From Piromyces finnis finn (lineage: Eukaryota; Fungi; Neocallimastigomycota), in contig MCFH01000038.1 in assembly GCA_002104945.1 (NCBI GenBank), positions 248,001 to 312,000 on the forward strand: DNA of 64,000 nucleotides, written 5' to 3'. Both the position numbers and the translations under genes were made by a program. Position 1 is the stretch's first letter. The number at the start of each line of letters is the position of its first letter. The notes below the pieces were generated by a model, which saw nothing but the letters and a program-made list of their open reading frames with translations, ran no database searches and was not told the DNA's origin. Shown here piece after piece: positions 12,501-26,757 of this stretch.

Positions 12501-14884
12501 AAGGTACTATTCAAGTAATCCTTCTTTTAAATACTTAATAAATGTACTATTCAAGTAATCTCTTTTTTTTAAAATGATTTTATAAAAGTGTTATAAAAAG
12601 TAATACCTTTTTTTTTTTTCCTTTTTTCTCATTGTACCTGATTTTTTTAAAGTTTTTTTTTTAATGTATTTTCTAATTAAAGTTTATTTTTTTTTAAATT
12701 AAATAATTATAAGATTCAATTGTAAATGTATTGTATATATATGCTATAAATATATTATTTATAGAATTTATATATTAATCCAATTTAATTGTCAATCTTT
12801 TTAAAAAACATTTTTTTAAAAAAAGCGATTTTTAATATTTTTACATGTTAATAAAAAGATATAATAAAAAAAAAAAAAAGGAAATGGATTAAGAACTATC
12901 TTAATTAATAATACTATTATTATTTGTCTTTTTAATAATAATAGTAATAATGGTTATAAAAAGAATAATAATTATTGAGCTTTTTTTTTTTTTTTTTTAA
13001 TCAAAAATTCTTAGACATTCTATTATTCCACAAAAGTTTAAAATTAATTAAAAAAAAAAAAATCAGGATATTTTAAATATTTTTTTTCTCTGACATATGA
13101 AAGATAATAAAGTATAATAAAATATTCTATACGTTTATTACTTTTCAACCATGAACTAATGATTAATAATAATAAAAACTTTTATTTATAAGGATAGTGT
13201 TAAAAAACAGTAAAGAGAAAACTAAAAAGAACTTTTTTTATTTTTCTTTTTAAATTAACTATTTCATTTTTTTTTTTAAAAAAAAATAAGAAAATTTAAT
13301 TATTCTATTAAATTATTTATTAAATAATATATTAAAGTTTTTTTTTTACTAATTTAATTATTAATAAAAATATATATCATTATAGGTAAAGTTGTAAAAG
13401 TTATTATTAAAAAAAAAATTGTATATATAAAATAAAAAAAAAAAAGTATTAAAAGTTTTCTTTCTTTTTTCTTTTTCTTTGATAAAACAAATATTCTAAT
13501 ATAAAACCACGCAAGAAATAATTAAGAGTGTATAGAGTTAAAGAAATATTTTTAACAATTAAAACTTATGATTATTTTAAAAGTAAAAAATTACATAAAG
13601 AAATAATATCTTTTTTTTTTTTTTTTTAGTCATATTATAATTATAAAGGTAATAACAATTTTGAAAAGATATTATTAATAATATTTAAATGAAATGGGGA
13701 TGATAATGAAAAGAAGAAACAGTAAAGATTTCAATAAAGAGACGAATAAAGCTAGAAAAAGTTATGAATAAAGGTGTTAAAATCAACAATTTAAAGAAAT
13801 TAAATATATTTTAATAGATATTTATCATTATTGTATAAAATTTTTATTGTATAAAAAAGCATAAAAAGAAAGTATTAAAAAACGTTTTATCTATAGGTTA
13901 TAATGATAGCATAATATAATATAATTGTACTAACAGTGTTACACGTATATTCCATATAAAAAATGTATCCATGCATATTTAAAAACTGCATCTATCATGA
14001 ATAATGCAATTAATAGAAATAGTAATATAATTATTATTTATGAATTGCTTGAAGGAAAAAGAAAAAAAAGAAAAACTTTAAAACTGTTAAAAAATATTTT
14101 ATTTGATGAAGAATATAATACTAACCATATACTCTTTTAATATTTTTAAAATATTGTTTTTTTTTAGAGTTTATAATATAATAATATCCAAAAAAAAAAA
14201 AAAAAAAAAACGTACATATACATATAAAGATATCAATATTAAACAGAGTTTTTCTACACAAATAATAATATATAAAAAAGGAGAGAGTTTTATATTTTGT
14301 TATTTTGCTGTATAAAAATTTAATATATAAGATATAAGAAAACACTCTAATTCAACCAAAAAAAAAAAAAAGGTACCTCATTGTAGAAAAAAAAAACATT
14401 TTTACAAAATAAACAAAAAAAAAAACGTAGGTGTAATTAATTAAAAATAAAAATTAAAATTTTAATCCAAATTTTATTTATATTTAAAAAATTTTTAATT
14501 AAATCTTTTTTAAAATCATAATCATTATAAAGGAATCACATTTTTTAATTATTTTTATTATTATCATAATTTTTTTTTTCATAGAGAATAAACAGCCATT
14601 GCAACAACAGAATTTAAAAAAAACAAAAACAGCAACAGATTTAATTCCAGGATATTAACTAAAAAAATTTATTTTTAGAATTTTTTTTTTTTAAAAAAAA
14701 ACTTTTTATTATAGGAATATTATTTTTCATAAAAAGAAAATAATTTAAACATTAATTTTTATTCATAAAATACGCGTTTCTATTACTAAATATAGTCAGT
14801 TATTTATCAAGATTTTTTTCTATTGAGATATAAAAATTAGTTATTTCTTTTTTTTTTAAATCTATAAATTAATAAATTTTTAAT

Positions 14885-17800
14885 ATGGTTGTTCAAGATA
14901 ATATATTATCAAAAAAATATGGTAACAATATTGTTACTTTAGTTGATTCAACTGGTGCAATTCATATTCATGATAAATCACCCCTTTCTTCAATAAAAAG
15001 TACAAATAAATATTTCAACTTTAAATCCTCTTCATTTCTTTCATTAAATAAAGAATTAAAGGTTAAACTTGAAGCAGAAAAAGCTATTAAAGAATATGGT
15101 TTAGGATCTTACGGTATTTTTACTCCTTATCATGCGGAATTAACGGAATATATAGAAAAAATTTATGGGGAAGATTGTTCTATTCGAACTTTTCAAAATG
15201 ATATACGTGATATTTTATTTAATAGTTTGGTTAGTTCTCAAGATTTTATTTTCATTGACGAACAATTGAACACTTCTTTTAAACAAACAATAAAATCATT
15301 ATTCTTAGAAAAGGGTCATATTATTGAATATACTCATAATACTCCACTTGACCTTAAATCTCAATTAAAAGCAATCCAATTAAAATTTCCAACAGTAAAT
15401 AAATTTATAATAACCGAAGGTGTTTTTGAAAATATAGGTAAAACACATGTAATATTTTCATTTTACATATAAATTTTAGAATTTTATAAATAGAAATATA
15501 TATAAAAGTATTATATAATAAAATAAAACATTATTTTTTATTAAATTTGATACAATATACTAAATCTATATGCATATATGTAATAATAATTATGAAATTT
15601 TATTAGGGGATGTTTGTTATCTTAATGATATTATGGATATATCAAAAGAATTTGGATGTACTCTTGTTTTAGATGAATCAAATGCTTTAGGGGTTATCGG
15701 TCAAAAAGGATTTGGTTCATATGACTATCACCAATGTCAACAAAAAGCAGATATTATTTTTTGCTCTATGGATAAAACACTCTGTTCTAGCGGTCAATTT
15801 TATGTATTTAATAATAAAAGTATTAGTATATTATTAAAAAATAATACTAGTCTCTTTGATGAATCCATATATTACCCAATAAATGCATTATCAGCTGCTG
15901 TTGCTAAAACAGTCTTAAATATAATTTTTGAAAATACTACAGATTTTAAAAATATAACATCTTCCATAGATGTTCACACTCAACTAGTTGATAATATTAA
16001 TTATTGGAAACAAAAATGTCAAAGTATTGGCTTAAAATTAATTGACAGTCCTTCTGCAATTACTTCAATTATTATTGATGATGTAGATGCTGAATCTTTA
16101 GTTGAACTTTTATTTAAAAATAATATAAGTAAGTTATTAAATATATACATATATAATAGTATAAATACATATGAATGAAGCTTGAATAAAAAAATAATGG
16201 AAATTTATTATTTTCCATTTTTTATAGATTAATAAAAGAAAATGATAAAAAAATTTTTTTATTTAATATTTCTTGTAATCTTTTATTTTATATAGGATAT
16301 CATAATATTATTAATATTATAATTTAAAAAAAGTTTTTTAATAATAATAATAATATTATTATTATTATTTATAAAAAAAACTAAATACTAATTTAATTTA
16401 TTATATATACATATCTTTCTATATATTAAATATTCTTTCCTTTTTTTTCTCCTTGGAATATTATAAATCTTAAATGATATTAACATCATAGAATGTTCAT
16501 TTACCAAACAAATAAATCATAATATTAATACAAATATTTTAAAATTCAATATATTAAGATCAATGACTAAAAAATTCATAAATGAAGCCTTTAACATTTT
16601 ACAATCAGTATTAATAAATTATTACCCTCATTTAATACACATGTCTACTATTCCAAAAGAAATTCAAATTGAAAATATGATTGATCCAACACAGCAAACA
16701 TCATCTCTTTTAAATGAAAATATTATCGACAGTAGTGATGTTACGGATTATCCAAAGGCTTATCCAAAGTTTGCTATTATTGGTACAGGTATTCGTTTAC
16801 CAGGTGATATTAATAATAAGGATGATTTCTGGAAGGTAATGATAGAGAAAAAAGTAATTACTGGTCTTACTCCAGAAGATCGTTGGGATCGTGATGAATG
16901 GTATTGTAAGACAGAAAAGCCCGGAACAATTCAAACTTTATATGGTGGTTTTATCGAGAATGCTTTTGATTTTGATAATAAATTCTTTTCTATTTCCCAA
17001 AAAGAAGCATTAGATGCTACTCCGGAACAAAGATGGCTTTGTGAATTAACTGTTGAAACCATTGAAGATGCCAATATTAATATTGATAAATTTAAAGGAA
17101 GTAATACTGGTGTTTTTGTTGGTACTTCAGGTATAGATTATGGTAGTTACGTTTTTTCAGTACCAGAAAAAATTACAAAATATACTTATAGTGGAATTGA
17201 ACCTTCTATTCATGCCAATCGTGTTTCTTATCTTTTCGATCTTCACGGTCCATCATTATCCACCAATACCGCTTGCTCTTCTTCATTGACTGCTTTATCC
17301 ATTGCTTGTAATTCTATGGCCGCTGGTGATTGTGAAATGGCTATTGTCGCTGGTACTAATTTCTTCCAAGCTCCAGCAAATGGTGTTGCCTATTCTCAAC
17401 TTCGTGTTGTATCAAAGAAAGGCGCTTGTCGTCCATTCGATAGTGGTGCTGATGGTTATGCTCGTTTAGAAGGTGCTGGTATGGTTTTATTAAAACCTTA
17501 TGAAAAGGCCATCCGAGATAATAATAAAATTTATGCTACTATTTTAAGTACTGCTTGTAATGAAGATGGAAAAACTGCTTCTTTAACTACTCCATCTTCC
17601 AAAGCCCAATATAAATTAATGAAGCGTGTTTATGAAAAGGGTCATATTGATCCATGTACTATTGATTTTATTGAAGCTCATGGTACTGGTACTGCTGTTG
17701 GTGATCCAATTGAGGCTAGTTCCATTGGTGAAGCTTATGGTAAAATTAATAAAGCCAATGGAAATCCAGCCATCCCAGTCGGATCCGTTAAAGGTAATGT

Positions 17801-20800
17801 TGGTCATGGTGAATACTTAAGTGGAATTATTGGTTTAATTAAGAGTACCTTAATTCTTCATAAAAATATGATTGTTCCACAAACAGCATTTGATACCCTT
17901 AATCCAAAGATTGAATGTGAAAAATTAGGTATTCGTATTGCTAATAAGATAGAAAAATTTCCAGGTCAAGGACGTCATAGAGTTGCTGTTAACTCTTTCG
18001 GTTTTGGTGGTGCTAATGCAAATGCTATTATAGAAGAGGAACCCCAATTTGATAAAAACAATATTTCTGTATTATTAAAGAAAAATAAAAATGGTGAGGA
18101 AATTCCATGCCCATACGTTGCATTCTTCTCAAATTCCAGTTTACGTCTTTTAAAGGAAACTTTAAAGAAGTGGTTATCTGTTCCAGAAAAGGAATTATTA
18201 CCCATGATTTATTTGAATTCTACCACTAGAACAGTTTTAGCTTATCGTATATTTATTTTTGCTAAAACTACCGAGGAATTTTATCGTACTATTCGTAACT
18301 TTATAGCTGATGATTCTCTTGACAACGGTTACAAAGTCACAGATCAGATGATGTACATTGAAACCAAGAGTAATCGTAAGAAGGGTACTTTAATGGCTTT
18401 TGATGAACCATTGACATATGTCAATTCCTTCCTTAAACATTCTACATATTACAATTGTTGTAGAAATCTTTACTGTAATAATAAATACTTTTCTGATTGT
18501 ATTGATTATTGTGATGGTATTTTCAAGGCTTTAAGTCAACGTTCTCTTCTTCAAGATTACGGCTTATTTACTACTGAAATGATGGATAACAATAAATTTA
18601 AAAAATTTAATTCTGATCTTAGAAAGGATCCATTAGTCATGATAATGTTTGGTGGTATGGTTCAATTAACTTTGTCTGCCTTATTAAAATATTATGGTCT
18701 ATTTCCTAATGCAGTTATTGGTTATGGTGCTGGTGAAATTGTTGCTGCCTATGTTGCTGATAAGATGGATTTAAAGACTACGGTTAAAGTTCTTTACCAC
18801 TATGGTAGAGTTTTAAGTCACGCTTACTCTCAAGAAAATAAGGTTTATACTCTTACTTTAATCTGTCCAATTAGTAAAATTAAACAAACCATTTTCACCA
18901 AACTAAATCAAGATGAAAAAGATGGCATATCAATTTCGGGTATTCCAAGTCCAAAGTTCTGTTTACTTAGTGGTGACTATAATATCATGAAAAAGGTTTC
19001 CGATATTGCCAAGAGTGAAAATATTGCCATTTATGGTGCTATGCAAAATAATTATGGCTTACATTCAATGATGATTAATGATAAAATGAAGGAAGATCTT
19101 GTGAACAGTCTTAAGGACATTCCTTTACAAACTTCTGATATTGCTTTCTTCACTACCACTAAGCTCAATAAGGATGGTAAGCCATACGAAGGAAAACTAG
19201 ACGGTGAATACTGGTGGATGAATATGAGAAATCCAGTTCTTTATGCTCACGCTTTATCTCAAACAGTCGCCTTTTTACCAATAGATGGTAAGAATATAAT
19301 AGAAATTGGTTTTGGTTTTGATTCCATTGTCCTTAACGATGCTTCTAGTACTTTCTATGAAAAAGAAAGAATATACAACTTATTTACTTTTGATAAATTT
19401 AAGATGAATAATGCTACTAATTATGATGTATCCTTTGTTCAATTAATCCATTTCATGGCTACCCTTCATGGCTACAATGTCACAAATAATCTTGACTATA
19501 ATCATCTTTGGGAGTCTTATGTTCAAGTTGTTGGTGGACATAATACATTACAACAACTTTATAGTATGCACTATGATATTCCTACTCGTTGTTGGAATCA
19601 TAAATATTTAAGAAAGTATTTCAAAGCAGAAAGAAATGGTCTTCCAGGTAATGTTGATGTTGGTATTAAAACTGAAGATATAGTGTACTTGGAAAAACTT
19701 AATCAAAAAGACCATTCAAAGTCTGTACCATCAAAGGAAGAAACCATGAAAAAAGAAGATATTACCATTAAGTCAGAACCAAAGAGAATTGAAAAAAGTA
19801 CTTCAGCTCCAATCAAGGAAACTAAAACTGTTACTAATGACACTGTTAAACCATTACCAAAAGCACATTCAACTTCTAAAATTGTTAACTTATCTGCCTT
19901 TCAAGCCAAATCTTCTTCTTCCTCCTCCTCAAATATTAACGAAAATTCTTCTAGCCATTATAATAACTCTAGTAATGATAATAACAAAAATCATTCTGTT
20001 CATTTAAAGCAAAATCATCCATCAATTTCAAATCCAATACAAAATAAAATTAGTACAACTACTGTTGAAGATTTTGCTACGGAAGATGATGAATTTTGGA
20101 GTTATGAAAATAATCAATATTTAGTAGATCATAAGGTGAATAACCAAATCGTTTTCCCAGCAGCAGGTAGTGTAAGTCGTGCAATGTATGGTTTCTTGAA
20201 TAGTAGAAATTCTCAAAAAATACAAGAAAGTAAGGGTCATGTCGCTTTAACTCAATTAGAATTTACAAGTTTATCTGTATTCCAAAAACGTGCTGAAGAT
20301 CAATTAAATAGTAAGGGCCCTATTCCAATGAAACTTTATGAAGATAAGAATCATCAATTTACTTTAAAACATCAAGATGGTTCAATTATTAGTAAGGGTA
20401 ATTTTGTTGAAATTGCAAAGGAATTTACTGATTTCCCTAATCTTTCGGATGTTGTCAAGAGCTGCACCACTGTCATGGGTGGTAAAGGAATTCATAAAGA
20501 TCTTATTTATCAACGTGCAGCAGCTATTCAACTCCAATATGGACCAGAATTCCAATTAATTCAATCTGGCCGTTCTGGAAGAAACTATTCCTATGTAAAA
20601 ATAAGGGTTACTGAAGAACATTCAAAGATGATATGTCATCCAGCTGTCTTAGATAACTGTTTCCATTCTATTATAACTTTAGGGTTAGGTAGTGGTAATC
20701 GCCAAGTTCTCCCACATAGGATAAAGAGTATTGAAATGACTAATGGAGGTCACTTTAAACCTGGTCTTATCACTTGTGTCAGTCAATTAATATACCAAGA

Positions 20801-23800
20801 TTTAGACAGTGTTATCATTAATTTCTATGTTTATGATGAAGAAGGTCATCCATTATCTAAAATCAGTAATATGGAATTCTTAGTTAGAAAGATAAATATT
20901 GTTCGTCCATTAGATTGGCATAATGTTCTAAAGTATGAAAAGGTGAAGGCATCCGAACAAAAATCGTTTTCAATTTCATGTTCTCAAGTTGTTATTATGG
21001 GTAGTGCAAAACAGGCTGATGCTATTAATATACATATTGTTCCAACCCTCTCCAGCATGAACCTTAAAGTTTATCTTATCACCGAAAATCATAACCAAAC
21101 TATTGACTATATGCTTCAAAATAATTTCATTACCAAAACGAATACCACCATTGTTGATGTTACCCTCTTGGATGACACCTCCATAACTACGGCATTTACA
21201 AAGATTCAATATTATGTCTCCCAAGGACTGAACCTTATTATTGGTAACATTATTATGACTAATGCCAAGGTAGAAGAAAATATTGAAAGCCTATTTACGG
21301 CTTCTAATACTATTTCTAGTATGTTAAGAGTGGCTCGTGCTGAATCTAGAGATTGTCATATGTATTCTATTCAAGCAAATTCAATTGATGACTTTGCCAA
21401 AGGTCTCTTCTCTGGTTGTCTTGGAAAAGATGAACCAGATGTTATTTACAGTAAGGAATATGGTCTTCATGTCCCAAGATTAGTTCGTGAAACGACTATT
21501 CCAACAATTCATTCCAAGAATGTTATTTCTGAACCAAAACGTTTTGGTAATATTAATAAGACAATCTTCAGAAAAACTTATGGAATTCCTGACCTTTCCA
21601 AACATGAAATGGATAAGGAGAGTGTTGTGGTAAAAGTTAGTACAATTTCTCTTCAAAATAATGATATTCTTCAAAATTCCTTACCAGATCTTTCAAGTCT
21701 TATGAAGGATTCCAGTGTTGCTGAATGTATTGGTACTATTGTTCATACAGGTTCTAATGTTAAAAACTTTAAAAAAGGCGATGTTGTCTTTGGTTTGAAT
21801 CTTCAGGCAAATGATATTCCATCAACATACGTTAAGATTCATCAAGATTTGGTTTTCCCAGTGAATACTATGGATATGGATAAGCAAAATAACCTTCTTT
21901 CATCTGTTTATGCTTACACCGTAGCTATTTATCTTTTAAATGAAATTCCAACAGGTGAATCTGTCCTTATTTCAACGGATGCAAGTGATTTAATGCAAGC
22001 TTTAGCTACCATTGCTCAACAGAAAGGTATTAACCTCTTTATCGATGATACATCTTCAAAATACAGTAAAGCTAATAGCAATGCCTTCAAGAATATTAAA
22101 GCCCAAATGATAAATACTCGTCAAGCATCCGAATACGTTCGTCTTGTCAAACAACATACGAATGGTGAAGGTGTTGGTGTTATTATTGACATTAATGTAA
22201 AGTTTGATAAGGAAAACACACTAGAAAAATGTTTAAGAATTGATGGTGAATATATCAAGGTTGGAAATATTGATCAAAGTACCAAGAAAAGAACTACCCA
22301 TAAGATAGTTCAAATGAGTCATTTTAAGGATAATGTCATTACTCCAGTAGTCCGTCAAGCAGTGGAAATGATTATTCATGGTAAGGTTGAAGCCATTGAT
22401 CTTAAGACATATCCAGTTTCTAAAATAAATTCTGCTACACTTGAAATATTAAGTGGTCGTCTTCAAGGTAAATCTTGTCTTGAAATGTGTAAGAAGGGTG
22501 AAGATGACATAGAATTTGAGTGCCTTCCAAGTCGTGTCTTTAAGGAAAATAAATCCTATTTGATTACCGGTGCTTTTGGTGGTATTGGCTTAAAAGTTGG
22601 TCTTTGGATGCAACTTCGTGGTGCTCGTCATATTGTATTAACAACATCGTCTGATCCAGAGAGTAAATATAAGCATCCAATTGTTAATGCTTTACGTCAA
22701 AAAGGTGTTCATGTCACCATTACTAAATGTGATATTTCAAAGTATGATGAAGTTGAAAAGCTTTTCATGGAAACCACACCAGCAATCGATGGTGTTTTCC
22801 ATTTCGCTAATAAATTCGGTCCAAAGCTTATCAGGGATTCTAGCCTAGATAGTTTTAATACAGCATTTGAACCAAAAGCAAGAGGTGCATTAAATCTTCA
22901 TAAAATAAGTCAAAAAGGATTCTCACTTTCTTCCTTTGTTCTTTTCTCCTCTGTTTTAGATATTCTTGGTAATTCTGGTCAAATGGCATATGGTGCTGCA
23001 AATTCTTACCTTAATAATCTTATTTATTATAGAAGACGTAAAGGTCTTTCTGGTCAATGCTTCTCATTACCAGCCATGAAAGGTTCTGGTTACCTTTCCC
23101 AATGGAACCAAATCACTCAATCTCGTGAATTTTCTGAAGTTATAGAATTCCTTGATTCAGAAGACTTACCTGACATTCTTGACTTTTTCCTTCGAGATGA
23201 TGTTGATCCATGCCTTCAATTGCTTTCTGGCATTCAAATTAATGATAAAGTCATCAATAAACATATTGCCCCAATTACCAATATTGTAAAGTATAAAATT
23301 CATTCAGAAATTGATGTACCTCAATTGATACAAAATCAATTCCCACCACTTAAATTCCGAAAGATCTTAGAAGATAAGGAACAATATATACTAGATAAAT
23401 ATGTTAGAAATACTCATCATTCACCACCATCTAGCACTAATTCTTCAGAAACAGAAGGTGAACAAGTAAGTGATCATAGTTCTTACTCTTCAGTAAGTAG
23501 TACTATTGGAGATAATAGTAATGGTGATAGTAGTGCTATTGAAAGTAATGTTGAATATATTAGTGTTGATGAAAGTATTGATAGTGATAAAACATTACGC
23601 AATCATGAAGATAAGAATAAGAATAGCAGTAGCAAAAAGAAGTATATGAAAAATGTTAATGATAATAAGCATGTCTTTTATAAGCATATAAAGAACGGAA
23701 TCTATAGTTTAGAGATGAAGAATCATTATATGGATATTGAATATGCAGAAGAATTAGGCCAGGTTATCACTAAACTTTCACAACTTAAAAAGATGCAAGC

Positions 23801-24332
23801 CCTCATTATTGAATATGAAGAAGACTTTTCCAAGGGTTTAGAACCTTCTCTTAAGGATGAACTTTTAAAAAAGAATCCTTCCAAATCCAAGATGAATGAA
23901 GTATATAAAATCTACTTTAATTGTCTCAAATTAACCAATCTTAATGTTCCGGTTATTAGTTGTCTTAATGGTGAAATTACGGATCATATAATTTTAATCT
24001 CCCTCTTATCTCAATGGAAGATTGCTACTCGTCGTTCCGTTTTTGCATCTTATAATAATCCTGTTAATATTAGTTGGATGAAAGAATTAGCTAAGAATAG
24101 TAATAATAAAAATTCCATGAAACTTATTAAACAAGTAGAAACCGAAAAAATTAGTGCCATTACTGCCTATAAGCATAAATATATTAATGATATTGCAGCT
24201 AATTTTGAACAAGCAAAAAAGAATGCATTAGAATATGTTGAAAAACTAATAAATAATTCAGAAAATATCGTCCCAGTGATATCAATTAAAACCGAAGATA
24301 TTGTAAAAATCAATAAGGCTATAAAAATATAA
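14885..24332 (+). CDS. Alpha-oxoamine synthase (SPT/LCB1-like)-polyketide synthase fusion: AOS-KS-AT0-DH-pseudoER-KR-crotonase-like, ~2971 aa
   Basis: Exons 14885-15437, 15607-16128 and 16492-24332; introns 15438-15606 (GTAAAA..TTAG) and 16129-16491 (GTAAGT..ATAG), both phase 1 and frame-preserving; total 8916 nt. AOS motifs NFKSSSFLSL, YGLGSYG, TEGVFENIGD, LDESNALGVIG, SMDKTL. KS motifs NTACSSSL, EAHGTGT, GHGE. DH motifs HKVNNQIVFP, HPAVLD. KR motifs GAFGGIG, YGAAN. The PKS part is certain; the fusion rests on the splice model. Confidence 0.82.
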
Positions 24333-25278
24333 TGAATTCAAATTAAAGAAAATGAAAATTATATTTCTGCCTTATTAATACTAAAAAAAAAGTATTTCAG
24401 TATTTCTATCCTGGAATTAATATGTATATACCTTTTTTATTTTGTAATTAAAGTTAAAATATTTATTAATTTATTTAGTTAGTTATAATTTAGATTCATA
24501 AAAAAATATAGTACACAAAATGTTATATCTGTACTTTTATTATTTAAGAATTATTATTTAATATAATATATATTTTATTTTATTAATTAAGAAAGCTAAA
24601 AAAAAAAAAAAAAAAAAAAAAAAAGATTACATTACAGATTTTACAAATGTATAAGTTATTTTTTCCTTACTAATACTATTTCTCTCTCTCTTTTTTTTTT
24701 AATTGATAGCATTAGTAAGAAAGAATAAAAAAATACATTCTTATTAATATTTTTTTTATAAAAAAAAATTATTTTCCTTGAATATATCACTTATTTTTTT
24801 TTAATAAATTTAAATTCAATTACAAAAAAAAAAAAAAAGAAAAAGAAAAAAACTTGAGTGTTTATAAATCATCCTTTATAATTAAAACCAATAATAATTG
24901 AAAATGATGATTTTTAATCATTTATAAATAATGTAAATGGGATCCTATTGAAAATTCTTTATTATTAAAAGAAATATATATAATCAAAAAGACTAACAAT
25001 GGTCCTTTTGATAGAGTAAATATTTATTTATTTTTTTTTTTTTTGTATTACCCATGAAATTATTGTAAAAGGCATACTATTTTATTTCAATTGAATTTAT
25101 TAATTATATATAAATTAATTTTTTTTAATTGACAGATTTAGTTATGAACCTTATTTTTAATAAAATCAATTTTATTAAATAAAAAAAAAATTTTTTTTTT
25201 CCATTATTTTTATTGCCAATGTTTTATAATTCTTAAAATTCTTGGTGAATATAAACAAAAATAAAACTAAAAAGGAGA

Positions 25279-26757
25279 ATGGAAGAAAAATCTGAAGAAG
25301 ATAAAAATAATTTAAATAAAACTGAAATTGAAAATAATAATAGTAATTTAGATTCTTCTATTACAAATTGTAACAATAGTATCAATAAAAATAAAGAAGA
25401 TAATATAAAAGATAACAAAAAACAAGAAATTGAAGAAAAAAATATAGAAAATGTGGACATCACCAATCCAAAAGATAAAGTTAGAATATTAACCTATAAT
25501 ATTTTTATGAGACCACCACCAATTCATAGTTTTGAATCTGATTTTAAAGAGGATAGAATAAAATTAATATGTAAACAATTTTTTCAAGATTATGATGTCA
25601 TTGCATTTCAAGAATGTTTTAGTTTTGGCTCAAGTAGAATTGATAAAATTAAAGAAAAAGCTAAAAAGCATGGGATAAACTATTTTTCTAATTCAAAGAA
25701 AAAATATTCTTGGAATATTGGTATTGACGGAGGTCTCTGTCTTTTATCAAGATTTCCTGTTGTTAATAAAAAAATGTATTAGTAAGTACTGAATTGAAAA
25801 TTTCTAAAAAATATAATTGTTTCATTAATGTAAATAATAATATTATTAATATTATTATTAATAATTTCTTTTATTTTTCTTTCTATAAAACTTAGCTTTA
25901 AAAATGGTTGCCATTCTGATGCGTAATTATTCCAATTTTTATATAATACAAAAATATAAATACTATTGAATTTTTTTTTTTTTTTCGTTACTAATAATTT
26001 ATACAAAAATTTATCTATTTTTTTTTTATTTATTTATTTTAATTATATAATTTATATACTACAAATAAACAATATATAGATATTCAGAAAAGGGTGTTTT
26101 ATTTAATGAAATAGAAATGCCAAATGGTAACCATTTATTTATATTTACTAGTCATACTCAAGCCTCTTATGAACATTTCCCAGATATCAATTCAGAATCT
26201 GTTCGAGTTCGTCTTAGTCAATTTACAGAAATTCGAAAATTTATAACTGAAATGACAGGAAATGCAAAACCAGATGATATTGTTTTATTATGTGGGGATC
26301 TTAATGTTAATGGTCGATTAAATAAGGATGAAGGAAAAGTTCATTCAGAAGAATATAAAAAAGTTTATTCTATTCTAGAGGGTAGTCTTTCTGTAGTGAA
26401 AAATGAAAAAAAGCAAAATTTTATTGATGAAGTTTCTGAAGAAGCTGAATATAAAGTAGAAGATTTATTTTATAATAAATACAATGAACATCTTGTAACT
26501 AGCTGTGATCTTTTCCCAGACGATTATTATATAGATGGTAAAGGTAAAAAATCACGAAAATGTTTAGATTATTTCTTTAAGTTTACTAAACTTAATTCAA
26601 TCAATAATGATGAAAATAACCAAAATACTGAAAGTAAAACTACTCTCGCAATTGAGGATTTAACCGTTAATACATTCGATGTTTCAGATAAAAAATTTGT
26701 TCATCTTTCAGACCACTATGGACTGTCTTTAAACATTGTTGATCACGAAAAAGAATG

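Noticed and set aside
9600-14400. Short hydrophobic ORFs in AT-rich intergenic DNA (e.g. 12189-12383, 14103-14345; also 40681-40878, 59041-59235)
   Set aside because: F/I/K/Y/L-rich translations of homopolymer runs with no motifs or codon bias.
14885-16178. Two separate small ORFs / a stand-alone BioF gene
   Set aside because: In-frame GT-AG splicing joins them, and the AOS C-terminal subdomain lies in the PKS reading frame. Kept only as the refuting alternative.
23140-23620. ACP domain in the PKS
   Set aside because: The DS dipeptides (FLDSED, NGDSSA, SIDSDK) lack the (L)GxDSL context and lie in the KR tail or a low-complexity spacer.
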